IMG/VR virus record: IMGVR_UViG_3300010231_000010
Coordinates: 1-52,233 of that record
DNA length: 52,233 nucleotides
DNA from: a virus
Reading direction: 5' to 3' (one strand)
The first letter of the stretch is position 1, and each line of letters starts with the position of its first letter. Below, piece by piece: positions 23,213 through 32,875 of this stretch. The notes under the pieces are model-generated. The model had not been told where the DNA came from. It saw only the letters and a list, made by a program, of their open reading frames with translations, and did no database searches. A program made the translations under genes and the position numbers.

Positions 23213-24786
23213 TGGCCAACTTGCTTCGGCCAGCGCTGGTTAAGCCGGCGTATTTCAGTCATCCCGTCTACAACCAGACTCTCGGTCCGGAGGTGTGCGA
23301 CCTGGCGGCGCGTGCGGGGTTCGCTCCGGACCCTGAGCAGGAACTGGCGCTCAATGCGATGTTCGCGATCGCACCCAGCCGACTCACGCTGTCAGGCCAA
23401 CGTGCGACTGCTGCATTTGAGTTCGGAATTGTGTGTGCGCGTCAGAACATGAAGACCGGGTTGCTGAAGCAGGCGGCGCTTGGGTGGCTGTACGTGACCG
23501 ATCAGGAGCTCTCGATCTGGTCGGCGCATGAACTGGACACCACGGATCAGGCATTCGAAGACATCATCAACCTGATTTCGGATACGCCGCTGTTGAGTAA
23601 GCGTTTGGACCCTGATTTCGGTCAGGAGCCAGGCATCAAGCGTGGCAACGGCAAGCAGATGATCCGGTTGCGGCCGAGTGAGGCTTGCCGGTTTGGGCAG
23701 ACGTTGAGGTTCAAGGCCCGGACCAAGAGTGGTGGTCGTGGCTTGACGGGCAACAAGGTCATTCTCGACGAGGCGATGTATCTCGATCAGGGGATGATGG
23801 ATTCGTTGGTGCCGACGCTGTCGGCGGTCGATGATCCTCAGTTGGTGTATGCCGGGTCTGCCGGACTGCCGAAATCGAAGGTGTGGCGCGGTGTTCGGGA
23901 TCGTGGTCGAGCTGGTGGCGATCCGAGCTTGGGGTACATGGAGTACTGCTCGCTGCCTGAGGAGAACGCCTGCGCTGACGAGATGTGTCAGCACACGCTC
24001 GATACCGAAGGGTGTGCGCTCGATGACATTGAGTACATCCGTCAGTCGAATCCAGCACTCGAGCGTCGGATCAGTATTGAGTACGTCCGGAATGAGCGGC
24101 GCACATTGGCGGCGAATCCGCTGGGCTACGGGCGTGAGCGGGCCGGCTGGTGGGATAAGCCAGAGGATGAGGCGACTGAGCCGCTGATCGGTTACGAGGC
24201 TTGGCGCGCGCTGACTGATCCGTTGTCTGAGCCGCTTGACCCGGTGGCGTTTGGTTTGTACACGAAGATCGACCGGACGGCTTCGGCGATTGGTGTTGTG
24301 GGTCGGCGTGCGGACGGCAAGCTGCATGTCGGTGTCGTGCCGGCGGTGCGCGGTAAGTCGATTGACTCGCTGCCGGGTACTGCGTGGATTCCTGATCGCA
24401 TCAAGGAATTGGTTGATCAGTGGAAGCCGTGCGCGGTGGTGATCGACGGCCATTCGGCTGCGGCGTCGCTGATTACGACGATTGAGGGCCTGGGCGTCGA
24501 GGTTGTGAAGTCGAACGCGTCCGACTTGGCGAAGGCGTGTGGCGCGTTCTATGACGCGGTCACCGCGGACCCTAATTCGGCAGCGAGCCTGCGGCACCGT
24601 GGTGCGGCGCCGTTGACGCGGTCGGCGACGTCGGCGAAGCGGCGTGACCTGTCGGATGCGTGGGCGTGGGATCGCAAGGACAAAGACAGTGACATCACTC
24701 AGTTGATGGCCGTCACGCTCGCGCTGCATGGGCTGACTGAGCACGGCAATCCGGAGACGGTCGAGGTTTGGGGATTCTTATCGTGA
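23212..24786 (+). CDS. Terminase large subunit
   Basis: 524 aa. Walker A-like CARQNMKTG, Walker B VILDEAMY, and a C-terminal nuclease-type half. Confidence 0.9.
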   Translation: MANLLRPALVKPAYFSHPVYNQTLGPEVCDLAARAGFAPDPEQELALNAMFAIAPSRLTLSGQRATAAFEFGIVCARQNMKTGLLKQAALGWLYVTDQELSIWSAHELDTTDQAFEDIINLISDTPLLSKRLDPDFGQEPGIKRGNGKQMIRLRPSEACRFGQTLRFKARTKSGGRGLTGNKVILDEAMYLDQGMMDSLVPTLSAVDDPQLVYAGSAGLPKSKVWRGVRDRGRAGGDPSLGYMEYCSLPEENACADEMCQHTLDTEGCALDDIEYIRQSNPALERRISIEYVRNERRTLAANPLGYGRERAGWWDKPEDEATEPLIGYEAWRALTDPLSEPLDPVAFGLYTKIDRTASAIGVVGRRADGKLHVGVVPAVRGKSIDSLPGTAWIPDRIKELVDQWKPCAVVIDGHSAAASLITTIEGLGVEVVKSNASDLAKACGAFYDAVTADPNSAASLRHRGAAPLTRSATSAKRRDLSDAWAWDRKDKDSDITQLMAVTLALHGLTEHGNPETVEVWGFLS

Positions 24787-24950
24787 CATCGCAACGTGTT
24801 TCAGCCGTGCTGGCTGTGGTCGCTGTCGTGGCGATCGTGGCTGGTGTCGTGCTGTTGGCGGGTGTCGCGTGGGGTCTCATTGCCGGCGGCGTGCTCGCTG
24901 CCGTGGGTGCGTTCCTGTCGTATGAGCCAGCAGGTAAGCGCGGGCAATGA
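24783..24950 (+). CDS. Small membrane protein between terminase and portal
   Basis: GTGA overlap; two TM helices rich in Val, Ala and Gly. Confidence 0.55.
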   Translation: MTSQRVSAVLAVVAVVAIVAGVVLLAGVAWGLIAGGVLAAVGAFLSYEPAGKRGQ

Positions 24951-26410
24951 ATTGGCTTGATCGCCTGCGCGGCGGCCCTGCTCAGTCGGAACGGATGACT
25001 CTCGATGAGTACGGTCAGATGCTCAACCTGTACATGCAGGCGGGGCTTGGGTATCAGACGCCGTCGTTGGTGCAGACGCTCGCTGGCACGGGAACTGAGC
25101 GGCCGGCCGACAACTTTCAGGGCCTCGCGTCGCAGGCGTACGCCGCGAACGGCGTGGTATTCGCGTGCATGTTGGTCCGGCAGTTGGTGTTCTCGAGCGT
25201 CCGGTTCCAGTTCCAGAAGTTCCTGAATGGCAAGCCGTCTGAGACGTTTGGCGACCAGACCTTGGCGCTGCTCGAGCGCCCGTGGCCGGGTGGTACGACG
25301 CAGGATTTGTTGTCGCGAACAATCCAAGACGCTGACCTTGCGGGCAATTCGTACTGGGTTCGGGAGGCGTCGTTGGCGCGCCTCGGTACGCAGGACCCTG
25401 GCGGCGAACTGGTGCGGCTGCGGCCTGACTGGGTGCAGATCGTCGGGGCGAAGCGAACGATGGACACCCGCAACGGCGGCCGGGGGACTGGTCAGGTTGG
25501 TTGGGTGAAGAAGGGCTACCTGTACCACGAGGGTGGCGCGGCTTCCCAGAACGAGGGTGTGCCCTTCACGGTGGACGAGGTTGCGCACTTCGCGCCGATC
25601 CCTGATCCGCTTGCGGTGTTCACGGGGATGTCGTGGCTGACGCCGATCCTGCGGGAGATTCAGGCAGACCAGGCGATGACCCGTCATAAGCGGGCGTTCT
25701 TCGACAACGGCGCCACGGTCAACATGGTCATCAAGCACCCCACGGGCGCAACGCAAGACGCGGTCGAGAAGTGGGGCAAGGAGTTCCAGTCGAAGTTCGG
25801 CGGCGTCGGCAACGCGTACAAGACGCTGCAGCTCTACCCGGGCGCTGACGTGCAGGTTGTTGGATCGAACCTCAAGGAGATTGACTTCAAGGAGGTCCGC
25901 GGCGGCGGGGAGACTCGGATCGCCGCGGCGGCCGGCGTCCCGCCGGTGATCGTCGGACTATCCGAGGGCCTTGCGGCGGCGACGTACTCGAACTACGGGC
26001 AGGCGCGCCGGCGCCTCGCCGATGGCACCGCGCACCCGTTGTGGCAGAACCTTGCCGGCTCGTTTGAGCGCCTCGTGCCGCCTCCGAACCGTTCCTCGCG
26101 CCTCTGGTACGACCCCTCCGACGTGCCGTTCCTGCGGGAGGACGAGGCGGATGCGGCGAACATCGCCGCCGTCCGGGCGTCGACCATCAACACGTACGTC
26201 TCGTCTGGCTTCACCGCCGAATCTGCGGTCAAGGCCGTCGATTCCGGAGACATCAACCTGCTGGTCCATTCAGGGCTGGTCAGCGTGCAGCTCCTGCCAC
26301 CCGGTAGCGAGAAGACCCCGCCGACTCAAGGCACGAACGACGCGCCACCACTTCAACTCATAAGGAGGAACAGTGACGGCAGCACAAGCCTCGAAAACGC
26401 TTCCGCGTGA
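24947..26410 (+). CDS. Portal protein
   Basis: 487 aa, in the position after the terminase, with HK97-type portal architecture. Confidence 0.9.
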   Translation: MNWLDRLRGGPAQSERMTLDEYGQMLNLYMQAGLGYQTPSLVQTLAGTGTERPADNFQGLASQAYAANGVVFACMLVRQLVFSSVRFQFQKFLNGKPSETFGDQTLALLERPWPGGTTQDLLSRTIQDADLAGNSYWVREASLARLGTQDPGGELVRLRPDWVQIVGAKRTMDTRNGGRGTGQVGWVKKGYLYHEGGAASQNEGVPFTVDEVAHFAPIPDPLAVFTGMSWLTPILREIQADQAMTRHKRAFFDNGATVNMVIKHPTGATQDAVEKWGKEFQSKFGGVGNAYKTLQLYPGADVQVVGSNLKEIDFKEVRGGGETRIAAAAGVPPVIVGLSEGLAAATYSNYGQARRRLADGTAHPLWQNLAGSFERLVPPPNRSSRLWYDPSDVPFLREDEADAANIAAVRASTINTYVSSGFTAESAVKAVDSGDINLLVHSGLVSVQLLPPGSEKTPPTQGTNDAPPLQLIRRNSDGSTSLENASA

Positions 26411-27374
26411 AGACCTTTGCCGGTCGGCGAAGTTCACTCTACTGCGGTCGGATGCCAACGCCGATGGCGAGGATGACGGACTGACCTTCGAGGGCTACGG
26501 CGCGGTGTTCAACTCGCCGACCCGAATCGACTCGTGGGAGGGCACGTTCGACGAGCAGTTGGCCCCGGGCGCGTTCCGGAAGTCGCTGCGGGAGAACACC
26601 CCCAAGTTCCAGTTTGACCACGGCCGCTCGGTGTTCGGGTCGCTGCCGTGCGGCGTCATCACCGACATTCACGAGGACGACCGTGGACTGTTCGTCGTGG
26701 CCCGGATGTCGTCGTCCTGGTACTGGGAGCCGCTGCGGGAGGCCATCTCATCGCAGGCAGTGGACGGCATGTCGTTCCGCTTCTCGGTCGTGAACGAGGA
26801 ATGGCGCGACAACGCGGGCAACAAGGTCAAGCCCGAAGAACTCGACGGGATTCTGTACTACGGCGAGCAGCCTGAGCGGACGCCGCTGCTGCGAATCCTG
26901 AAGGAAGTGAAGTGCGCCGAGGTCGGCCCCGTTGTGTGGCCTGCCTACGACGACACGACTGCGGGGTTGCGGTCCAAGGTGATTGACCTTGACCGCCTCC
27001 GCAATGGAGACCCCGAACAGCGCAAGCTGTTCGCCGGAGCTGCCCTGACGATCAGGGCAGTCGAGGAACCCTCGGCCAACCGAGGTGCGTCCGATGAAGA
27101 GCCGCAATCCACCCCTAATCGGGCCGGTGAGCACTCGGATGAGGACACAACCGATGCGCCGCAAACCACCCCAGACGGGGCCGGCGAGCACGCAGACGAC
27201 GCGCCGCGATCCACCTCCAGCGAGGCCGGTGAGCACGCGGATTCCCCAACCGAAAACCCGCCGACTGACTCCGTCGATGCCGCACGGGCCGCCGAACAAG
27301 AACGGCTCTTCCGTGAGGCGCTGAACGAAGTCACGAATCAGCGAGAAGCCCATCCCCCCATGAAAGGACTGTGA
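26373..27374 (+). CDS. Capsid maturation protease (HK97 prohead protease family) with repeat-containing acidic C-terminal extension
   Basis: AAGGAGGA RBS. The motif FEGYGAVFNSPTRIDSWEGTFDEQLAPGAFRKSL...FQFDHG is present, and the C-terminal part may act as a scaffold. Confidence 0.85.
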   Translation: MTAAQASKTLPREDLCRSAKFTLLRSDANADGEDDGLTFEGYGAVFNSPTRIDSWEGTFDEQLAPGAFRKSLRENTPKFQFDHGRSVFGSLPCGVITDIHEDDRGLFVVARMSSSWYWEPLREAISSQAVDGMSFRFSVVNEEWRDNAGNKVKPEELDGILYYGEQPERTPLLRILKEVKCAEVGPVVWPAYDDTTAGLRSKVIDLDRLRNGDPEQRKLFAGAALTIRAVEEPSANRGASDEEPQSTPNRAGEHSDEDTTDAPQTTPDGAGEHADDAPRSTSSEAGEHADSPTENPPTDSVDAARAAEQERLFREALNEVTNQREAHPPMKGL

Positions 27375-28834
27375 TCGTGAAGCTCACGCACCAGCAGGCC
27401 GTCAACCGCGAGAAGGACATCCAGGAAGAACTGGAGCGGCTGAACAGCAAGCAGGACAAGACCGCCGAGGACCGTGCCAAGGTCCCCGCACTGCTCACCG
27501 AGTTCCGTGAGGTGCACGCGCACCGCCTGGACCTCGAGCATGATGCCGCGCTGGCTGAGGTCCGCGCAGCAGCCAACCCCGGCACCCCGGCCGCCCCCGC
27601 ATCCGCGGATGGCAGCGAGACGCGTCAGCAGTACGACGTCGTCGACCGCCAGCGCATGGCCGGCGTCGACCTGGTCAACGGCAAGTTCAAGGACCCCTGG
27701 AACGTGTCCGAGCTCCGCTATGGCGCCAACAGCGAGAGCGAAATCCGCGCTCGCGCACTGGACGCCGTCGAGCGCATGGAGTTCGCCGACGACAAGGTCC
27801 GCGAGGCCGCAACCAAACTGGTCGAGCGCGACCATGAGGGTCGGTCGAACAAGGCCCGTGATCTGGTGCTCGCCACCACCTCGCCCGCCTACTGCCGCGC
27901 CTTCATCAAGCTGATCCGCTCGCAGGGCCAGTTCGCGGTGCTCGATGGCGAAGAGATCGGCGCCATGCAGCGCGCGATGTCGCTGACCGACAACGCCGGC
28001 GGCTTCGCCGTGCCGTTCCAGCTGGACCCCACGGTCATCCTGACCGCCAACGGTTCGGTGAACCAGATTCGCCAGATTTCGCGGGTGGTGCAGGCCACCG
28101 GTGACACCTGGAACGGTGTGTCCTCGGCTGGCGTGACCGGCTCGTGGGACAACGAGGCCGACGAGGTTTCCGACGATGCGCCCACCCTGGCGCAGCCGTC
28201 GATCCCGGTGTACAAGCTGCAGATTTTCGTGCCGCTGTCGCACGAAGTTCAGCAGGATGCGCCGAGCCTCGCCGACGACATCGCCAACATGATCGCGTTC
28301 GAGAAGGACGCCAAGGAGTCGGCGGCGTTCGCCACCGGTTCGGGCTCGAGCCAGCCGACGGGCATCGTCACCGCCCTCACTGGCGGCTCTTCGGTGGTCA
28401 CGACCACCTCGAACGACACGTTCGCTGTTGGCGACGTGTACAAGACCGACGCCGCCCTGCCGGCTCGCTACGCGGCGAACGGCTCGTGGCTCGGTCACCG
28501 TGCGATCTACAACCTGATGCGCCAGTTTGACACCAACGGCGGTTCCGCGCTGTGGGGTCAGCTGGCCGATGCCCGCAAGCAGGAACTGCTCGGTCGCCCG
28601 GACTACGTGTCGGAAGCGATGGCCTCGGCCGTCGCCGACGCTGCGAAGCTCCTGGTGTTCGGCGACTTCTCGAACTACGTGATCGCCGACCGCCTGGGCA
28701 CGACCGTGTCCTACATCCCGCATCTCTTCGGCGCCAATGGCCGCCCGAAGGGTCAGGCCGGCTGGCACGCCTACATCCGGGTCGGTGCTGACTCGGTGAA
28801 CGATGGCGCGTTCCGGATGCTGCAGGTCCAGTAG
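27371..28834 (+). CDS. Major capsid protein (HK97 fold) with N-terminal coiled-coil delta/scaffold domain
   Basis: GTGA overlap with the protease; 487 aa. A charged helical N-terminal stretch is followed by a typical capsid body. Confidence 0.9.
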   Translation: MIVKLTHQQAVNREKDIQEELERLNSKQDKTAEDRAKVPALLTEFREVHAHRLDLEHDAALAEVRAAANPGTPAAPASADGSETRQQYDVVDRQRMAGVDLVNGKFKDPWNVSELRYGANSESEIRARALDAVERMEFADDKVREAATKLVERDHEGRSNKARDLVLATTSPAYCRAFIKLIRSQGQFAVLDGEEIGAMQRAMSLTDNAGGFAVPFQLDPTVILTANGSVNQIRQISRVVQATGDTWNGVSSAGVTGSWDNEADEVSDDAPTLAQPSIPVYKLQIFVPLSHEVQQDAPSLADDIANMIAFEKDAKESAAFATGSGSSQPTGIVTALTGGSSVVTTTSNDTFAVGDVYKTDAALPARYAANGSWLGHRAIYNLMRQFDTNGGSALWGQLADARKQELLGRPDYVSEAMASAVADAAKLLVFGDFSNYVIADRLGTTVSYIPHLFGANGRPKGQAGWHAYIRVGADSVNDGAFRMLQVQ

Positions 28835-28845
28835 TACGTCGGGCT

Positions 28846-28881
28846 GGTGGCCCTGGGTCTCGAATGGGGTTCAGGGCCACC
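28846..28881 (+). terminator. Stem-loop after the capsid gene (terminator/attenuator candidate, no T tract)
   Basis: GGTGGCCCTG (28846-28855) pairs with CAGGGCCACC (28872-28881), leaving a 16-nt loop. Confidence 0.45.
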
Positions 28882-28925
28882 GCCTTCCAACCTCACACCA
28901 CCACACAACGATTGCGAGTTGCCTG

Positions 28926-29216
28926 ATGAGTTACCGGTGCACAAACGCGTTCGTCCACGGACCCAATGTCTACGGCGGCGGCGCAGTCGTGACGGACGAC
29001 GACCCGATCCTGAAGACCCATGCGGCGCACTTCGTGAAGGTCAACGAGCCTCTGAGCGCCGTGAGTAGCGAAACTGCATCAGCAGACGCGCCTCGTACAC
29101 CCGCGCCCGCCAAGAAGGCCCCGGCGAAGAAGGCTGCCCCCGCGAAAGCCGCGGTCTCGCAGCAAGAAACGGCTCAGCCGAACACTGACTCCACATCGAA
29201 GAAGGAAACGCTATGA
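28926..29216 (+). CDS. Head-region protein with Lys/Ala/Pro-rich (PAKKA-type) tail
   Basis: 96 aa. The C-terminal half contains PAPAKKAPAKKAAPAKAA. Confidence 0.6.
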   Translation: MSYRCTNAFVHGPNVYGGGAVVTDDDPILKTHAAHFVKVNEPLSAVSSETASADAPRTPAPAKKAPAKKAAPAKAAVSQQETAQPNTDSTSKKETL

Positions 29217-29620
29217 GCTTCAACATCGGAGCGCGCACGAAGGCCGTCAAGGCGCTGTCATCGGGCACGGTGCAGACTGGCACCACCAACGGCGACGCGA
29301 TCGACCTGGCCCAGAACAACTCCAACTTTCGCGATGTCCTGTTCATCATCACCTCGGGCACTCTCACGGACGGCACCTACACGGTGTCGGTCGAGGAGTC
29401 GGACGCCAGCGGTTCGGGTTACGCGGCCATCGGGTCGCACCGACTCGTCACCGCGGCGCCCAGTTTCGAGGCCACTGACGACAACACCGTGAAGTCGGTG
29501 GCTTGCCGCCCGACGAAGCGGTATGTGCGCGTGGTGATCACCGCGGCAACTGCTACCACCGGTGGTGTTCTGTCGGCGGTCGCGGTTCTCGCCAACGGCA
29601 GCGACAACCCGCCGGCCTGA
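29213..29620 (+). CDS. Hypothetical structural protein (possible head decoration/accessory)
   Basis: ATGA overlap; 135 aa with beta-rich composition, lying between the capsid and connector genes. Confidence 0.6.
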   Translation: MSFNIGARTKAVKALSSGTVQTGTTNGDAIDLAQNNSNFRDVLFIITSGTLTDGTYTVSVEESDASGSGYAAIGSHRLVTAAPSFEATDDNTVKSVACRPTKRYVRVVITAATATTGGVLSAVAVLANGSDNPPA

Positions 29621-29624
29621 TCCT

Positions 29625-30176
29625 GTGGCTGAATTGGCGCCGGCTGATCTGCCGGCCGCGGTGCGTGCTCGGTTCGCCGACGACACCGCGGCGCAGGCGG
29701 CGATCAACGAGGTGCTTGCTGCCGCACGGCGCTACTGCGGGTGGCATGTTTCGCCGGTCCAGGTCGACCAGGTGTTCGAGCTGGATGGACCTGGTGGCCA
29801 TGTGTTGTCACTTCCGACGCTGAGCCTGAATGCTGTTGCGTCGGTGACGGAGTTGGGCGTTGCGGTGGACGTGACTATGCTCGACCGCTCGCGGCGCAAG
29901 GGCACGCTCACGAAGCAGTTCGGGCGCTGGACGGGCAGGGACGGGGCGATCACTGCCACGGTCACGCACGGGTATACCGAAGCGGAGGCTTCGGACTGGC
30001 GCCGGGGTGTCATCGCCGTGGTCGACGCTCGGTCCCAGCCGATGTTGCGCGATGACTCGGGTCTGAAGCGCAAGCATGTCGACGACGTCGAATATGAGTG
30101 GTTCGAGGCGCTGATGTCCGTCGATGCGGAGATGTCTGCGCGGTTCGCTCAGTTCCGGATTCTGCCGTCGCCATGA
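29625..30176 (+). CDS. Head-to-tail adaptor candidate
   Basis: Assigned by position and size (183 aa), starting at GTG 29625. Confidence 0.6.
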   Translation: MAELAPADLPAAVRARFADDTAAQAAINEVLAAARRYCGWHVSPVQVDQVFELDGPGGHVLSLPTLSLNAVASVTELGVAVDVTMLDRSRRKGTLTKQFGRWTGRDGAITATVTHGYTEAEASDWRRGVIAVVDARSQPMLRDDSGLKRKHVDDVEYEWFEALMSVDAEMSARFAQFRILPSP

Positions 30177-30511
30177 GCTTCGGTAGCCAGACCCTCATGT
30201 TCGTGAGCCTTGTCGGGACGGGAACGTACGACGACTACGGCATCGAGATCACATCGGAGACTGAGGTTCCCGTCGAGGGTTGCCGGCATCGTCCGTTGAG
30301 CGCGGCTGAGGCGACTGAAGCGTTTGGGAATGTGGCGCGTCAGGTGTGGAAGTCGACGTGTCCTCCTGAGGCTGCGGCGGTGGCTGCGAAGTCGACGGGG
30401 CGGATCAAGGTTGGTGGTCAGGTGTTTCACATCATCGGCGGGGCGACTCAGTTCGAGGATTTCGCGGATCCGTTCAAGGTGACGATCATGTCTGAGCTTT
30501 ACCCGGAGTAG
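30173..30511 (+). CDS. Head-to-tail stopper/connector candidate
   Basis: ATGA overlap; 112 aa. Confidence 0.55.
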   Translation: MSFGSQTLMFVSLVGTGTYDDYGIEITSETEVPVEGCRHRPLSAAEATEAFGNVARQVWKSTCPPEAAAVAAKSTGRIKVGGQVFHIIGGATQFEDFADPFKVTIMSELYPE

Positions 30512-30520
30512 GGAGCAATT

Positions 30521-30826
30521 GTGGGCTACTACAACGTTGTTCGGCCGTGTGTGGTCGGGAAGTTGCATTATGCGTCGGTTCCGTCGCGGCCGATCTTGGT
30601 TGATGACGAGGTGGCGGCGCTATTGGTCGAGTCGGGTGACCTGGTGGCCTATGAGCCCCGAGGTGCGGTGGAACTCAAGGGCTCTGTGGTGGTGGACCTC
30701 GAGGGTTCTGTGCTTTCCAAGGCGCTCACCGAAACCGGTGTGCATCTCGCAGCGCCACTCAGTGTGACACCCGATGCCGAGAACGCCACCGGCAAGCGTC
30801 CACGTCGTCCGCGAGCCGCTGAGTAA
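30521..30826 (+). CDS. Hypothetical structural-region protein
   Basis: GTG 30521 follows GGGAG. Confidence 0.55.
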   Translation: MGYYNVVRPCVVGKLHYASVPSRPILVDDEVAALLVESGDLVAYEPRGAVELKGSVVVDLEGSVLSKALTETGVHLAAPLSVTPDAENATGKRPRRPRAAE

Positions 30827-30829
30827 GCC

Positions 30830-31132
30830 ATGCCTGCGGACTACATCGTCGCGATGCAGCAGCACATCGAAGAGGACGAATCCATCACGGAGGCAAAGCT
30901 TGTGATGGCGCGTGAGGCTGCGGCTTATGCGCGTTCGATCGCCCCGGTTGATGAGGGTGATTACCGCGACGGTATCCAGGTGCAGCACGTTGGCGCTTCT
31001 GGTGTGGCGGTGGCGTTCACTGACTGGAAGTCAGTGTTTCTGGAGTACGGCACCGTGACCCCGTCTGGTGCGCCGCACACACCCGAGTACGCGGTAGCCA
31101 AACGCACCGCTGAACACTTCCGGACTCAATGA
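30830..31132 (+). CDS. HK97 gp10-like tail-completion/connector protein
   Basis: 100 aa. AREAAAYARSIAPVDEGDYRDGI...FLEYGT fits the gp10-family pattern. Confidence 0.65.
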   Translation: MPADYIVAMQQHIEEDESITEAKLVMAREAAAYARSIAPVDEGDYRDGIQVQHVGASGVAVAFTDWKSVFLEYGTVTPSGAPHTPEYAVAKRTAEHFRTQ

Positions 31133-31572
31133 CCACACCTGACCACCTCGACGAGAGCCAAGTGCCCGCCGAGGTGTTCCTGCGTGCCCGGATGCTGTTG
31201 ACGGCGGCGGGTCCGGGTTCGGTTGGGTCGCAGCTGTGGCGAGTCCAGTCCCCGCCGATGCCGCTGCCATACCGCACGGTCCGCCGTATTTCAGGCCCAC
31301 TCACCCCGTATGGCGACGAGCCGCTGATGCGTGTGCACACGTTCGCCGCTACCTACAGCGAGGCGGCATCTGAGGCGGCCAAGACTGACGCCAACATTCT
31401 CACCCTGGTCAACTATCCCGGTTGGGGCACAACACTTCCCAGTGGTCTGGTCGTGCATTGCGACTGGGCCGAGATCACCGAGGCGGCTCATGAGGAGCCG
31501 TACGGTGCCGAGTCGGTCGTGACGCGGTTCGTGTCCGAGTACCGATTCTGCATCTCCTTGATTCGGGCCTGA
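31129..31572 (+). CDS. Tail terminator candidate
   Basis: ATGA overlap; 147 aa, directly upstream of the major tail protein. Confidence 0.6.
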   Translation: MTTPDHLDESQVPAEVFLRARMLLTAAGPGSVGSQLWRVQSPPMPLPYRTVRRISGPLTPYGDEPLMRVHTFAATYSEAASEAAKTDANILTLVNYPGWGTTLPSGLVVHCDWAEITEAAHEEPYGAESVVTRFVSEYRFCISLIRA

Positions 31573-31689
31573 GCCCGCTACTCGTCCCGGCTAGTTCGGG
31601 TCGCGGCAACCTGCCGCACAACAGCAGCCCACCAACCACCCATCCGCCGGATGCCCTCTTCCGGTAATCCCTCATGGAAGGACGTCTCA

Positions 31690-32778
31690 ATGACGATTCC
31701 CGAAGTCGGCGTCGACTGGATTTCTGCCGGCATGGACCTGCGCGCGCCAGAGCTGTTTCGGCGCGGTACGGGTGTTGCGGCCATGTGCCGCGATGCCCGT
31801 GGCACAGCCACCGACCTGTCTCCCCACAACCCGGATGGCTCGATCCGCTGGTCGCCGTATGCGCAGGACTTTGGTCTGCGCGACGATCTGCTGCTGATCC
31901 TCAAGCCTGGCGGGTACTTTCAGCCGAACCCGAACCCTAATCAGGGATTCGTCCACCTCGGCCCACAGAAGGATGGTGACGGGCCGTCGTGGAAGCCGAA
32001 GGTCACCAACGACCACTTCATGATCTTGCAGGACATCGAGCCCTACGATTCCGAGATCACCGAACTGAGTGAGCCTTTCAGCGTCACGCCGGTCGATACC
32101 GGTACGCCGTGGGTTCAGCGTTTGCGCTACAACAACCCGTTCTCTGATGAAAACGGGGACTCGCTGATCGAGGACATTGGCACGACCAACGCGGTTTTCG
32201 CGCGCGGCAGCTCATCGCGTAACCCAGGTCGCCAGTTCCTGTTCTTCCGCGTCCGTGACGTCGGCGGCAAGCCGGTGTACTCGTGCGACGTCATTCCGTA
32301 CGCGAAGATGGACGATCTCGGCAACTTCAAGATGGATAAGAAGGAGTCGGAGGCGGCCGAGCTCACGTACCTGCCGACCCGCGATGGCATCGCCATGATG
32401 ATGAATGATGGCGTGTACCAGCCGGTTCCTGGTGGCGGGTACCGCATCTGGGGTGGTTCGGGTTACGCGGCGCTGGGTGGTCTGGCGACGTTCTCGGCGA
32501 CTCTGCCGACGGGAACTCCGGGCACAGGTTCGGTCACTCTGACTGTTCCGGCGCCGACGGGCCCGAACGATCCGTTCGAGTACGGCTTCCAGTACACCAC
32601 CGACGACGGCGTGACGTGGAGCTCGGTCGTGCTGGACGACACTCCGACACTGTCGGGTGGCAACGTGACCGTGAATGGCTCGGTTGCGTCCGGTGCCAAG
32701 AAGTTCCGCGTGGCAGCGAAGGGCACGAACGGCCTGTGGTCGTACAGCCCGAAGTCCGCGACGGTGACTATCGCCTAA
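31690..32778 (+). CDS. Major tail protein with C-terminal Ig/FN3-like domain
   Basis: GGAAGGA RBS; 362 aa. The C-terminal segment, about 95 aa long (SVTLTVPAPTG...FQYTTDDGVTWS...ATVTIA), is Ig-like. Confidence 0.8.
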   Translation: MTIPEVGVDWISAGMDLRAPELFRRGTGVAAMCRDARGTATDLSPHNPDGSIRWSPYAQDFGLRDDLLLILKPGGYFQPNPNPNQGFVHLGPQKDGDGPSWKPKVTNDHFMILQDIEPYDSEITELSEPFSVTPVDTGTPWVQRLRYNNPFSDENGDSLIEDIGTTNAVFARGSSSRNPGRQFLFFRVRDVGGKPVYSCDVIPYAKMDDLGNFKMDKKESEAAELTYLPTRDGIAMMMNDGVYQPVPGGGYRIWGGSGYAALGGLATFSATLPTGTPGTGSVTLTVPAPTGPNDPFEYGFQYTTDDGVTWSSVVLDDTPTLSGGNVTVNGSVASGAKKFRVAAKGTNGLWSYSPKSATVTIA

Positions 32779-32783
32779 GAGCC

Positions 32784-32824
32784 CCTGCCGGGTGCGTGTG
32801 CGGGCTGCTCGCGCACTCGGCAGG
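32784..32824 (+). terminator. Long interrupted hairpin after the major tail gene
   Basis: CCTGCCG-G-GTGCG ... CGCAC-T-CGGCAGG; no T tract follows. Confidence 0.4.
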
Positions 32825-32875
32825 TCGCCACTCTTGCAGCCCAATCCACCAGCAGCCCGAGAAGAAAGCAGCCCA

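Noticed and set aside
23392-24744. Very long antisense ORFs opposite the terminase, capsid, tape measure and tail genes (for example 23392..24744 at 450 aa, 27338..28768 at 476 aa, 35851..37518 at 555 aa and 40040..41704 at 554 aa)
   Set aside because: Their translations are Arg/Pro/His/Gln-rich junk, typical of stop-codon-poor wrong frames in high-GC DNA. The sense frames encode clearly recognisable structural proteins with strong GC3 bias.
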